Notes under the pieces: model-generated
What the model saw: the letters and a program-made list of their open reading frames with translations, nothing else
The model's database searches: none
What the model was told of the DNA's origin: nothing
Shown here: in pieces, positions 44,238-54,631 of the stretch
How the letters are laid out: every line of letters starts with the position of its first letter
How positions within the stretch are numbered: position 1 is the first letter of the stretch
Program-made: the position numbers and the translations under genes
Assembly (NCBI GenBank): GCA_019358915.1
Contig: JAHHIM010000002.1
Location: forward strand, 64,001 to 128,000
Direction of reading: 5' to 3'
Length of the DNA: 64,000 bases
Source: Trichormus sp. ATA11-4-KO1
GTDB taxonomy: Bacteria > Cyanobacteriota > Cyanobacteriia > Cyanobacteriales > Nostocaceae

Positions 44238-45281
44238 GTGGGTCTTTTTAGGAACTTTCGCTCATCATGGGATATGGGTATCGACCTCGGTACTGCCAAC
44301 ACCCTCGTTTATGTATCTGGTAAAGGCATCGTCCTTCAAGAACCTTCTGTGGTTGCTATCGATCAAAACGAAAAGGTAGCACTGGCCGTAGGAGAAGAAG
44401 CCAAAAAAATGCTCGGTCGGACACCTGGAAATGTAATTGCCCTCCGCCCCTTGCGCGATGGTGTAATTGCTGACTTTGATACAGCTGAGCTAATGCTGAA
44501 GAGCTTTATTCAGCGTGTCAATGAGGGTAGGTCTTTAGTTTTACCTCGGATTGTCATTGGCATTCCCAGTGGTGTCACAGGGGTAGAAAGACGGGCTGTG
44601 ATGGATGCAGCTGCTCAAGCTGGAGCCAGGGAAGTGTATTTGATTGATGAACCGATAGCCGCAGCCATAGGCGCAGGGCTACCTGTTGCCGAAGCAACAG
44701 GCAATATGATTATTGATATTGGTGGTGGCACCACAGAAGTTGCGGTGCTGAGTCTTCAAGGTACTGTGATCAGCGAATCAGTGCGCGTTGCCGGGGATGA
44801 ACTAACTGAATCTATTATCATGTACATGAAGAAAGTTCATAACTTGGTGATTGGAGAACGGACTGCGGAAGATATCAAGATTAGGATTGGCTCTGCCTAT
44901 CCCACGAACGATGATGGCGATGCCATGATGGAAGTCCGGGGCTTACACTTGCTTTCTGGTTTACCCCGAACTATCACTCTCAAAGGGCCAGAAATCCGTG
45001 AAAGTATGTTGGAACCGCTATCAGTAATCATCGAAGCTGTAAAGCGGACACTGGAACGCACGCCTCCAGAACTAGCGGCAGACATTATTGACCGAGGCAT
45101 TATGCTAGCCGGTGGTGGTGCTTTGCTCAAAGGCATAGATACCCTAATTAGCCATGAAACAGGGATTGTCACCCACATTGCAGCTGATCCTCTCAGCTGT
45201 GTGGTGCTGGGAACAGGTCGTGTGTTAGAAAACTTCAAACAGCTAGAACGGGTTTTCAGTGGGCGTTCTCGCAATATGTAG
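44238..45281 (+). CDS. mreB: Rod shape-determining protein MreB
   Basis: GIDLGTANT, IDIGGGTTEVA, LAGGGALL. Confidence 0.98.
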   Translation: MGLFRNFRSSWDMGIDLGTANTLVYVSGKGIVLQEPSVVAIDQNEKVALAVGEEAKKMLGRTPGNVIALRPLRDGVIADFDTAELMLKSFIQRVNEGRSLVLPRIVIGIPSGVTGVERRAVMDAAAQAGAREVYLIDEPIAAAIGAGLPVAEATGNMIIDIGGGTTEVAVLSLQGTVISESVRVAGDELTESIIMYMKKVHNLVIGERTAEDIKIRIGSAYPTNDDGDAMMEVRGLHLLSGLPRTITLKGPEIRESMLEPLSVIIEAVKRTLERTPPELAADIIDRGIMLAGGGALLKGIDTLISHETGIVTHIAADPLSCVVLGTGRVLENFKQLERVFSGRSRNM

Positions 45282-45292
45282 AAAAAAATATC

Positions 45293-45350
45293 AGATATTG
45301 GGTTCTATTTGGCTTCTATTTGGGTTTTATATAAATAGAATCCAATATCT
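45293..45350 (+). other. Intercistronic stem-loop mreB/mreC
   Basis: AGATATTGGGTTCTATTT ... AAATAGAATCCAATATCT. Confidence 0.55.
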
Positions 45351-45374
45351 TGGGAATTTATAAAACGGGTATAA

Positions 45375-46160
45375 ATGGTTACTGTACGTCGTTGGTGGGA
45401 TCGGAAATTACTACAACTCGGTTTACTTACTGTAGTAGTAAGTAGTGCTTGGATATTGCGACAGACTCAAGGTCATTTACTGCTGGAAATGTACCAAGTA
45501 ATGAGTCGTCCGTTGCAGATGTTACAGACCGGGACAAGTCCAGAAGAGCGTCTCAATGATGCCCGCTTCTTGGAGTTGCAAACACGCATAGCCGATTTAG
45601 AAAGTCAAAATCAAAAGCTCCAAAGTTTATTAGGCTATGTTCAGGCGGCGCCACTCTCATCGCGCCCAATTACCGCGCGGGTGGTGGGACGCAGTGCTGA
45701 CCACTGGTGGCAACAAGTTACCCTGAATCGTGGCTCGAAGGCAGGAATTCAAGAAGGCTATATCGTTAAGACTGATGGTGGATTAGTAGGTTTGGTAGAG
45801 AATGTAACTCCCAACACTAGCCGCGTGCTGTTAATTAGTGACCTCAAAAGTCAAGTGGGTGTAACAATTAGCCGCACGTCAGCCAAAGGAGTTTTGCGGG
45901 GAGATTCTTCGGCAGAAGCAGTGCTAGAGTTTTATGAAAAAGTACCGAATGTCAAAGTGGGGGATTTAGTTTCTACATCCACTTACAGTCAAAGATTTCC
46001 TGCTGGTTTATCAGTAGGACGAATTAAGTCTTTAGATTTAAAGAAACTCCCAGCGTCAGTGGCAAAAGTTGAGCTTTTCCCGCCGATACTTTCATTAGAC
46101 TGGGTAGCTGTATATCCGAAGCCCACAAACCAAGAATTGGAAAGCCAAAATTCTCAGTAG
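45375..46160 (+). CDS. mreC: Rod shape-determining protein MreC
   Basis: TM, coiled coil, TLNRGSKAGI, GLVG, GDLVSTS, FPAGL. Confidence 0.95.
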   Translation: MVTVRRWWDRKLLQLGLLTVVVSSAWILRQTQGHLLLEMYQVMSRPLQMLQTGTSPEERLNDARFLELQTRIADLESQNQKLQSLLGYVQAAPLSSRPITARVVGRSADHWWQQVTLNRGSKAGIQEGYIVKTDGGLVGLVENVTPNTSRVLLISDLKSQVGVTISRTSAKGVLRGDSSAEAVLEFYEKVPNVKVGDLVSTSTYSQRFPAGLSVGRIKSLDLKKLPASVAKVELFPPILSLDWVAVYPKPTNQELESQNSQ

Positions 46161-46383
46161 CCGTTATGAAGGGAACAGGGGACAGGTAACATTTGGCAGT
46201 ATTGGATGGAATACAGCGATTTCACTCGTGTGGAAAAATGGCTAAATATTTAGGCGTAGGTACTTAAGAATTTTCCCCCTGCCCTATGCCCCATTAACTA
46301 CTCAGGATTTATAGAAAAATCTCTTTCCCTATCCCCTGTAACCTGTTCCCTATTTTCAAGATTCTTTAATCTATTTCAAAATA

Positions 46384-47019
46384 ATGAAGATACCTTCATT
46401 TGGTGGTAGGCGTAACAGGCCAAGACCACCACAGCGAAAATTTAAAATGTTAAATAAGCCACTGGCTCATTGGCATCCAGGTACACGTAAACTGCTAGAT
46501 TGGACGGTGACAGTTGGGTCTGTGCTGTTTTGTTTATTGATGTTACCAACCCGCTTCCCAGGGATGGAATTGTTGGGAATTGGGCCTAATTGGCTGTTAA
46601 TTTGGGTGGTAGCTTGGAGCGTAAAGCGCTCTGTTTTTTCAGGAGTATTGGCTGGTATAGTTTTAGGGCTACTTCAGGATGCGATGACAGCACCTCATCC
46701 TACTCATGCTGTTACTTTGGGACTAGTGGGACTGCTGACAGGCTTACTGCAAAAGCAGCGTTTTATCCAAGAAGATTTTATTTCTATTGCCTTAATTGTT
46801 TTTGTGATGGCAGTTTTGGCAGAAACTGTCTTTGGGTTGCAATTAACTTTGACGAGCGATGCCTACGGCGGGCCAAGCCTACGCAAAGTGGAATATATTT
46901 GGGCATATTACCAACGAGTCACCTTGGCTTCTGCTATTCTCAGTAGTCTCTGGGCACCTGTGGTTTATTATCCCCTCAATCTTTGGTGGCAGAAAATGAA
47001 ATTTTTAGAGCAAAACTAG
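46384..47019 (+). CDS. mreD: Rod shape-determining protein MreD
   Basis: Hydrophobic, PNWLLIWVVAW, GLLQD; follows mreC. Confidence 0.92.
   Translation: MKIPSFGGRRNRPRPPQRKFKMLNKPLAHWHPGTRKLLDWTVTVGSVLFCLLMLPTRFPGMELLGIGPNWLLIWVVAWSVKRSVFSGVLAGIVLGLLQDAMTAPHPTHAVTLGLVGLLTGLLQKQRFIQEDFISIALIVFVMAVLAETVFGLQLTLTSDAYGGPSLRKVEYIWAYYQRVTLASAILSSLWAPVVYYPLNLWWQKMKFLEQN
46861..46881. mobile_element. 21-nt small dispersed repeat (SDR5-like) inserted in a HIP1 site within mreD
   Basis: GCGAT[GCCTACGGCGGGCCAAGCCTA]CGC; removal restores GCGATCGC and keeps the frame. Confidence 0.75.
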
Positions 47020-47256
47020 GGAATGGGGAGTCGGGAATAGTGAGTGGGGAGTGGGGAAAAATATCTTTACTCCCTACTCTCTTATCTTCACTCCTAAATT
47101 TTTCTAGAAATTGGGCAAACCCTGGCAATATTGATTCAAGCTAGAGTTGAGTAAGATACCTCATGACCAACAATAGCGCCTGGATATTACTGTTTAACTA
47201 TTACAACAAAAGCAGCTAGGCTAGCGTGCAAAATACTTACAGTATCACCCAAAATT

Positions 47257-48483
47257 ATGGATAATTTCCCAGTGGTCGCTCAAGCAGATGCATCTCTACC
47301 CAATTACACTCAAGATAATGGGCTTCAAGTGCGATCGCCTGTTGAATCTTCACCAGTTAAAGAGAGGGTGGGCAGTGACTTTGACCGGGCGATGATGCAG
47401 CGCTGTTTGGAACTTGCTCGCCGTGCTTTGGGGCGCACTTCACCCAATCCGTTAGTGGGGGCGGTGGTTGTCAAAGATGGGGAAATCGTCGGGGAAGGGT
47501 TTCATCCCCGTGCAGGTGAGCCTCACGCAGAGGTTTTTGCCTTGAAAGCAGCAGGTTTTAGCCCAGACTCTACCCAAGAGAATCGCGCTCGTGGTGCAAC
47601 GGTTTATGTGAGTCTCGAACCTTGCAATCACCACGGACGTACTCCCCCTTGTTCAGAAGCGTTGATAGCAGCCGGTGTTGCCAAGGTGGTGGTGGGTATG
47701 GTTGACCCCAATCCATTGGTAGCTGGTGGTGGTATTGCTCGTTTACGTGCTGCTGGTATAGAGGTAATGGTGGGAGTAGAAGCAGAAGCTTGTCATCAGC
47801 TCAATGAAGCTTTTGTGCATCGCATCCTCTACAAACGACCTTTAGGGATTTTGAAATATGCCATGACTTTAGATGGCAAAATCGCCACGACCTCTGGTCA
47901 CAGTGCTTGGGTAACAAACCAAGACGCTCGTGGTGAAGTTCATCAACTACGGGCAGCGTGCGATGCCATAATTGTTGGTGGCAATACAGTACGCCAGGAT
48001 AATCCTTATTTAACCAGCCATCAGGTGGGAGCGCATAATCCTCTAAGGGTGGTAATGAGTCGTCATCTCAATTTACCTGAGAATGCCCGCCTGTGGCAAA
48101 CTGTGGAGGCTCCCACCTTGGTGTTGACAGAGGAAGGCAGCTCACCTGATTTTCAAAAATTCTTGCTCAAACAGGGAGTTGAGGTGATGGAGTTAACATC
48201 GCTCACGCCGGAGCAGGTGATGGCACATTTATACGATCGCGGTTGTTGTAGTGTGTTGTGGGAATGTGGTGGTACTTTAGCCGCAAGTGCGATCGCTCAA
48301 GGTGCAGTACAAAAAATTCTGGCTTTTATTGCTCCTAAAATCATTGGTGGTAGCCATGCTCCCACACCTGTAGGTGACTTAGGCTTTACCACCATGACAG
48401 AGGCGCTGCCCTTAGAACGTGTTCGTTGGCGTGTGGTAGGTTCTGATTGTTTAGTTGAAGGTTATTTGCCCCAAAAAAATTAA
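47257..48483 (+). CDS. ribD: Riboflavin biosynthesis deaminase/reductase
   Basis: TSPNPLVGAV, HAE, LEPCNHHGRTPPC, KYAMTLDGKIA. Confidence 0.97.
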   Translation: MDNFPVVAQADASLPNYTQDNGLQVRSPVESSPVKERVGSDFDRAMMQRCLELARRALGRTSPNPLVGAVVVKDGEIVGEGFHPRAGEPHAEVFALKAAGFSPDSTQENRARGATVYVSLEPCNHHGRTPPCSEALIAAGVAKVVVGMVDPNPLVAGGGIARLRAAGIEVMVGVEAEACHQLNEAFVHRILYKRPLGILKYAMTLDGKIATTSGHSAWVTNQDARGEVHQLRAACDAIIVGGNTVRQDNPYLTSHQVGAHNPLRVVMSRHLNLPENARLWQTVEAPTLVLTEEGSSPDFQKFLLKQGVEVMELTSLTPEQVMAHLYDRGCCSVLWECGGTLAASAIAQGAVQKILAFIAPKIIGGSHAPTPVGDLGFTTMTEALPLERVRWRVVGSDCLVEGYLPQKN

Positions 48484-48548
48484 TAGTTCATAAGTCCGTA
48501 GCCAATAGTTATTACTATTGACTGTGGACTTATGTAATTTTGTTACTA

Positions 48549-48764
48549 TTAACACTGGCGTTCACAAGCAATATCACGTATGAGTGATAGCCGAGATTGA
48601 ATGTAATCACTGAGAAAATCAGTTTCTTTGGGATCTAACAACGCTTGCATTGTTGTTTGTTTTACCAGCCATTGTACCAAGCTAGCATCGTCCATCTGCA
48701 ATAGGGTCTTGGTTTGGGAGTTTTCAACCACAGACCAAAGCTGACGCAGAATTTTAGGAGTCAT
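48549..48764 (-). CDS. Small conserved cyanobacterial protein
   Basis: MTPKILRQLWSVVE...YIQSRLSLIRDIA; GAGG RBS upstream. Confidence 0.75.
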   Translation of the reverse strand: MTPKILRQLWSVVENSQTKTLLQMDDASLVQWLVKQTTMQALLDPKETDFLSDYIQSRLSLIRDIACERQC

Positions 48765-49028
48765 TAAGACCTCAAGTTAATCATTAGCTTAGCTGTTTTT
48801 AGATTACACAATTCCTGCAACAGCTTACGACCTGAATGTACAAGTTGAGATAAGTATTATTAAAAACTTAATAGAGAGATTTATAACTTTATGAAGATTA
48901 AGAATAAGGAAACTGCATTGACAAATTTACAAAAAGTTACTTAATACTGTTTTGCAGTGTGGCGATTGCGATTACGAGTTTAATAAAGAATTGCCGATAA
49001 ACCTACAGCACCAACTAAAATCTAACAT

Positions 49029-49063
49029 TTTTAATTACGAATTATGAATTACGAATTACGAAT
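49029..49063. repeat. Heptamer tandem repeat (AATTACG)n
   Basis: AATTACG AATTATG AATTACG AATTACG AATT at the queD stop. Confidence 0.75.
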
Positions 49064-49452
49064 TAGTCTTCTTCGTACTCTACCCAACTATTAGGTGTTT
49101 CTGAAATATGTACTTTTAGTTGTACATCTGGGGGTACACGTTTCTTAGTTTCATCATAAATATATTTGGCAATCATCTCAGCAGTGGTTTCGTACTCACT
49201 AGGCATGACTTCATTGAGAACACAGTGATCCAGTCCGCCTTTAGTTACATCCTGTTTCGCCCAGCGCAAAGTTCTAAAATCAGCCACCATTACTGGATGT
49301 GGGCAATAATCGGAAGAGTGCAACTGTGTTGATGTAGCCTCAATGTGAACTTTATAAGTATGTCCGTGCATCCGACCACAAGGGCCATTGTAATCTTTGA
49401 TATAGTGCGCGCTATCAAATGTGAATTCAGTTACTAGTTTCCATTTAGGCAT
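49063..49452 (-). CDS. queD: 6-carboxy-5,6,7,8-tetrahydropterin synthase (QueD/PTPS)
   Basis: FDSAH, CGRMHGHTY, LDH, TTAE, ISET. Confidence 0.88.
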   Translation of the reverse strand: MPKWKLVTEFTFDSAHYIKDYNGPCGRMHGHTYKVHIEATSTQLHSSDYCPHPVMVADFRTLRWAKQDVTKGGLDHCVLNEVMPSEYETTAEMIAKYIYDETKKRVPPDVQLKVHISETPNSWVEYEED

Positions 49453-49772
49453 CTCAATATCACCTTGTAGCCAATTCTTAAATAAATTTTTATGTTACTC
49501 ACTTATTATATGATTACAAATACTTTTGAGATGCTGCCACGTAAATTTTAGATTTAATTCATATTTATTTATAAAATCCTTGACGGAAACTAAAAAAGGT
49601 TTTGAATGAGAACTCAATATATGACAGAAAAGTATGTAAAGATATCTTGCATATTGAGAATCAGTCTAATAATTGAAAGTGTGCATGAATTCGACATAGT
49701 AGTCAGTTCTTCTCAATTTTATTTCGCTGGCGTAGAAGCTAATTTTGCCAGCATTTATCTGGAGACAAAAAA

Positions 49773-50513
49773 GTGCAAATTACAAAACGCAATGTTGAGT
49801 TGAGAGTAAATAACAGTTTAATGCGTGTTTATGTAGCATCTCCCAAGCCAACAGGAATCTATCCAGGTATTATATTTTACAGCGATATTTATCAGTTAGG
49901 TGGTGCGATAATTCGTTTGGCTAACTACTTAGCAGGATATGGCTATGTAGTGGCAGCCCCAGAGATTTTTCATTGTATTGAAACTGTTGGTTCAGTTATT
50001 GAACCAGACGATTTGGGTAGAATGCGAGGCAATGATAATGCACGTCGCACGCCGATAGCTAGTCATGATGCCGATTGTCTGGCTGTAATTGAATTTCTGC
50101 AAAGAGAAAGTTCAGTTTCTCCAGGCAAAATTGGTAGTTTAGGCTTTTGTATTGGTGGACATTTAGCCTTTCGAGCAGCCTTGCAAAACGAAATTAGGGC
50201 AGCAGTTTGCTGCTACCCTACTGGTATTCCTAGTGGCAAATTGGGTCAGGGGGTAGCTGACACCATCAACCGGGTAAGTGAAATCACAGGTGAGATATTG
50301 ATGGTGTTCGGTACTCTTGACCCTCATATTCCAGAGAATGACCGTCACACCTTAATCAAAGCCCTAGAGAATGCTGGGGTACCTCACAGGATTCTGTTAT
50401 ATGAAGCAGAGCATACCTTCATGCGTGACGATGGTTATCGCTATGATTCGGCGGCGGCTACTTCTGCTTGGTCGGAAATAGTAGCATTCTGGCAACGGGT
50501 GTTTGTGGACTGA
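49773..50513 (+). CDS. Dienelactone hydrolase family protein
   Basis: GFCIGG nucleophile motif, GTLDPHI, AEHTFMRD. Confidence 0.92.
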   Translation: MQITKRNVELRVNNSLMRVYVASPKPTGIYPGIIFYSDIYQLGGAIIRLANYLAGYGYVVAAPEIFHCIETVGSVIEPDDLGRMRGNDNARRTPIASHDADCLAVIEFLQRESSVSPGKIGSLGFCIGGHLAFRAALQNEIRAAVCCYPTGIPSGKLGQGVADTINRVSEITGEILMVFGTLDPHIPENDRHTLIKALENAGVPHRILLYEAEHTFMRDDGYRYDSAAATSAWSEIVAFWQRVFVD

Positions 50514-50537
50514 AGTAGAGTTGAAATTGTCTGTTTT

Positions 50538-53500
50538 TCACTCAAATTGTATAGGCGATCGCCCTGATACAATTATGAAACCTACAGAATCAAGCCTGAT
50601 CTGCGGCTGGCGGATGCCCTCCAAAATTGCTGCACTCAATGCAGTTTCGATCTTCAATTCTTCAGCCAAAGTCCGATCCCAAGTTTGCCGATTTAGGCGG
50701 AGACGTAATTGTTCTACTCTCTTGCTTAATTTCTGCTCGGCAACTTTACTACATTGTTGGTGTAAAGCGATAAAATTGGGGCGATCGCAGAGTAATTCTA
50801 AAGAAGTACGACGCGCTTGTTGGCAGAAGCTGGGCCACTTACTAGCATCAACAAAATCATCAATAATTCCTAAGCGCTCTTTAGCTAAATTGTAATCTCG
50901 GCACTTATCACTGTTTTTATATTTATACGGTCGTTGCAGAATATTTAAAAGTGCTGCATCTTCAACAACGCATACTGGCTGGCTGCGACCATCAATAAAA
51001 ACAGTTTCCATAGTTGGGGGTAATAAAGCATCGACACGCCGTTTCAAGATTTTATCTTGAGAATTATCTAGGTTGTAAGTTTTTAAAATTTGCCGGGCAA
51101 CTTCTAAGTTTGTTTCAACTACATAATTGAAGCGAAAACCAAACCATTCTTTACCTGACGCAGGATTCCAAGAATCATCAGTGCGCCACATGGCAAAAGC
51201 TTTACCTCTGTCGTCCCAATTTATATAGTTGACGAGTGATTCTACTAATCCTTCGCCAATGCGGAAGAGTTTAATACCAGAATTTTGGTTTGCTACTCGG
51301 CGATTATAAGTACCAAATTGGTCAGTATTATTATTCGCGAAGTGAGTTTTCAACTCATCTACAGAAACCAAAGTGCGCGTTGTCGGTTGATAACGTTTCA
51401 CTTCTGCTGAATTGGGATTGTTAACTGACTTAAATCCCAGTGCGTCACAAATCCAGCCTTCAATTGCCTGTTTAATTTCTAAATGACAGGCATCATAATT
51501 ATCTAAGTCTTGAAAATACTGATGGGTATTTTCATCAAGAGTATCAATTTCATCAAGTGCATTCTGTTCGCTAATTTTCACTGTTTCGGCGGTAATTTGT
51601 TGCTGAATTGGCTCAATCATTGCTAATAATCCAGCAGCACCTGACTGGAATAAAGCTGTTTCTAACTCTGCCAATTTTTCATCTACATAAAATTGGAGAC
51701 TGGCAATTGATTGCTCAAAAATACCAAACCCATTTTTTAAGAGTTGATACCAGGCATTTTGAGGGCTATCTTCCAAATAAGGGCCAAGGAATACACATGA
51801 TTGGATGCCAATTTTGCTGCCAATGCGGTCAAATCTGCCGATGCGTTGTTCTAATTGATTAGGCGACCAAGGGAGATCAAAGTGGATGAAGCAGTCAGCA
51901 AACTGAAAGTTAAGTCCTTCTTCCCCAGAGCGATCGCATACCAGAATAAAGCAGCTGGGATTATCCTTAAACCGCCTGATGTTTTTCTCAACTTTTTCTC
52001 GTGATTCTCCCAATTGATGACCAGCAACTGTTTCTTCACCGAAGCTACGAGATAAACAGCGCACAATTTCTGTACAAGATTGCCCAAAACTTGTAAAAAT
52101 TACAAATTTGGGCAATATATCACCGGGAATCGGTCTGCGAATTCTCTGCTGTATTCTTGTTAGCAATTCTTGCTTATTGCGGCGAACAGTTGGCGCAATT
52201 TTGAAATGTGCGGCTAGCTGATTTAGCAGTACTGTTTTGAGATTTTCTTGTCGGTCTCCGTCTTCTACAGGCTGACGCAGAATTTTTAGTAGGGATTGCA
52301 GAATCTCTGCTTCCTCTGGGAATTTAGGGGTTGTAGTCAAGATGCAAAGATCATCTTCGGGAAATTCCTGGATGAGTTTGGCAGGGACTTTACCACTTAA
52401 ACGTGCGGTAATTACCTCTTCTAGAATTCCTAACCAAGTACCAGCAGCCAAGAATAATAAGAGAAAAATGCGCTGATATGGCTTTTCTGGAGGAGCAACA
52501 GTCCGCCATTTTTCCATGAGTTCATGAATATCCAGCGATCGCTCATCTAAATCATATTCTTCTTTAGGCGTGACATCGCGGTCAAATATGACATCTTCCA
52601 CCGCAGTCCGACGGTTACGCAGCATTCTGCGGTGCAGTCGATAGGTATCGCTGATGTGAGTGCGAATGGCGCGGATAATTTTATCTGGTGCAGGGGAGTT
52701 TGTTTGTAAACAACTTGCTAAATTATCCGCCAGAGTCATCAAATACTCATCCTCAGCAAACAAATTTCGCAGTTGCTTGAGGTTGGTTTGCAAAACATCA
52801 GTATTTACACCTTCTCTCAATGAGAGGAGAACTTTACCGATTTCCTGGCAATTTTCCACTCTGGCGCGAAAACCCGCCAAATCATTGAGTTGATAGGTTG
52901 TGGGATCGAGCAAATGCAGCATTGCTAGAAAATCCTGCTCGTGGTTGAGGACAGGAGTGGCAGATAATAAAAGCAAGCGATCGCTTTTATGAGCCAGATT
53001 TTTACAAGTCTCAAAACGTTGGCGCATTGCTGCATCCTTAGAGGTTGCCATTGCCGCGATGTGATGCGCTTCATCTAAGATTAAGCAACCAATATTCGCT
53101 TTCTGGTTGATTCTATGAATATCTTCAACCGCCAGCACCACCACCCGTTTGCCAAAATGAGAGATGTAAAACTTATTTTCTAACTCAGTCCGCCATTGTG
53201 GAAGCAAATATTGCGGAACTAACACCACCGCCCCTCTTTTTGGCTCATCTAGCAGGTATTGACGGAGAATCGCCCCGGCTTCGATAGTTTTTCCGAGTCC
53301 CACCTCATCTGCTAACAAATAGCGCTGAATCGGGTCTTCTAGTACGCGCCGGACAACTTCAACTTGGTGAGGATAAAGGTCTATGTTCGCCGAAATTAGC
53401 CCCGTCATCCCACGACTCACCGCGCGTTGCTGAATCAAGCATTTCACAAAAGCCAATCTTTTATCGTGAAAATAAGGCGTTTCGTGACCCTTGATTGCCA

Positions 53501-53849
53501 GAGTTTCAATGGGGTCTGTGGTGGGTAGATTGCAACGGACATAAATTTCTTGCTCAGTGGCAATTGTAGATTTCTGATCAGGCAAATCAATTTGATACAT
53601 CTCTGTCTCTTCGTCCCAAGCAAAAACTCTGCCAATTATCCATGTATCTTGGGTTTCTGAGCTAATGTAGCATCGAGTCTGAGGCTGAAGCCTGACTGGA
53701 GATAGTGAATCTAAAGGCAAAGTTTTTTGGAGGCGTTGCCCTCCTGAGCAGAAATACTCAACGATCACATCGCTATGAGATATTTCAGTAACTTTTCCTA
53801 TTCCCAAATAGTTGTTCTGGGACTGCACCAATGAACCAAGCTCAATCAT
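50538..53849 (-). CDS. dpdE: SNF2/RapA-like helicase, DpdE-like
   Basis: LYPHQ, LLADEVGLGKTIEAG, LDEAHH, LLLSATP, EGLNFQ, QRIGRFDRIG; N-terminal GIGKV...YF and HETPYF pattern as in DpdE (recalled). Confidence 0.65.
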   Translation of the reverse strand: MIELGSLVQSQNNYLGIGKVTEISHSDVIVEYFCSGGQRLQKTLPLDSLSPVRLQPQTRCYISSETQDTWIIGRVFAWDEETEMYQIDLPDQKSTIATEQEIYVRCNLPTTDPIETLAIKGHETPYFHDKRLAFVKCLIQQRAVSRGMTGLISANIDLYPHQVEVVRRVLEDPIQRYLLADEVGLGKTIEAGAILRQYLLDEPKRGAVVLVPQYLLPQWRTELENKFYISHFGKRVVVLAVEDIHRINQKANIGCLILDEAHHIAAMATSKDAAMRQRFETCKNLAHKSDRLLLLSATPVLNHEQDFLAMLHLLDPTTYQLNDLAGFRARVENCQEIGKVLLSLREGVNTDVLQTNLKQLRNLFAEDEYLMTLADNLASCLQTNSPAPDKIIRAIRTHISDTYRLHRRMLRNRRTAVEDVIFDRDVTPKEEYDLDERSLDIHELMEKWRTVAPPEKPYQRIFLLLFLAAGTWLGILEEVITARLSGKVPAKLIQEFPEDDLCILTTTPKFPEEAEILQSLLKILRQPVEDGDRQENLKTVLLNQLAAHFKIAPTVRRNKQELLTRIQQRIRRPIPGDILPKFVIFTSFGQSCTEIVRCLSRSFGEETVAGHQLGESREKVEKNIRRFKDNPSCFILVCDRSGEEGLNFQFADCFIHFDLPWSPNQLEQRIGRFDRIGSKIGIQSCVFLGPYLEDSPQNAWYQLLKNGFGIFEQSIASLQFYVDEKLAELETALFQSGAAGLLAMIEPIQQQITAETVKISEQNALDEIDTLDENTHQYFQDLDNYDACHLEIKQAIEGWICDALGFKSVNNPNSAEVKRYQPTTRTLVSVDELKTHFANNNTDQFGTYNRRVANQNSGIKLFRIGEGLVESLVNYINWDDRGKAFAMWRTDDSWNPASGKEWFGFRFNYVVETNLEVARQILKTYNLDNSQDKILKRRVDALLPPTMETVFIDGRSQPVCVVEDAALLNILQRPYKYKNSDKCRDYNLAKERLGIIDDFVDASKWPSFCQQARRTSLELLCDRPNFIALHQQCSKVAEQKLSKRVEQLRLRLNRQTWDRTLAEELKIETALSAAILEGIRQPQIRLDSVGFIIVSGRSPIQFE

Positions 53850-54118
53850 AGTTCCAGTTATCTGAAGATCCTAAGAGAAATTACTACGCCAACAGCAATA
53901 GCAGCTCTCCAGACTAGCTTGAACAGACGGATCTCGCAACTTCAAAAAGAGGCAGGGAAAGATGGGAAGATAAGAGGATAGAGGGATAAGGGGGTCAAGG
54001 AACTCAAAATGTTGGGTGCAACAGATGAGCGCTGCGGCTCTATCGCTATGATTAAGTCAGAACCTCATCAGAGCTATATAGAACAATTCCTGAAAGCTGA
54101 TATTGGTAAAGGTGAACA

Positions 54119-54454
54119 ATGGTAACGACAGTTGTCGTGATTAACACCCTCATTTCGCTGATACTACTTTATGTAGCTTGGCAAGTCTGGAAACTAAAGC
54201 AACGGATAGGGCGGATAGCTGATAAACTGACTATCTATGAACATGTTACTCATGCGGCATTGTATCAAGCACCCAAAAATATTGATGCTAGCCAGCAGCA
54301 GATTCGTCACTTACGCCAGAGCAACCAAGGGCTACAAGTACAGATCCAACAAGTGCGGCAAATTATCACTCTGCTATTTTTAGGCCGCCGATTCTGGCGG
54401 CGATCTTTGCGGAGAACAGGGTTAACTTCAGGAAAAAAGACAGTCGCCAAATAA
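54119..54454 (+). CDS. Small membrane-anchored coiled-coil protein
   Basis: N-terminal TM followed by heptad-like Q/L-rich region. Confidence 0.75.
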   Translation: MVTTVVVINTLISLILLYVAWQVWKLKQRIGRIADKLTIYEHVTHAALYQAPKNIDASQQQIRHLRQSNQGLQVQIQQVRQIITLLFLGRRFWRRSLRRTGLTSGKKTVAK

Positions 54455-54631
54455 GGGACTGACAAAATAAAACAAATAAAAAAATAACCAATCGCTACTT
54501 ATTTTTTGAAGTTCTCTAAAAGCAATATTGTTGCCTGATATTTTGTCACGATACATTAATTAGATAAAATCATGTGGACTTGCAAGGGGAGAAAACACAC
54601 CTAAAATGGGTGTAAGGAGAGAAACATTAAT

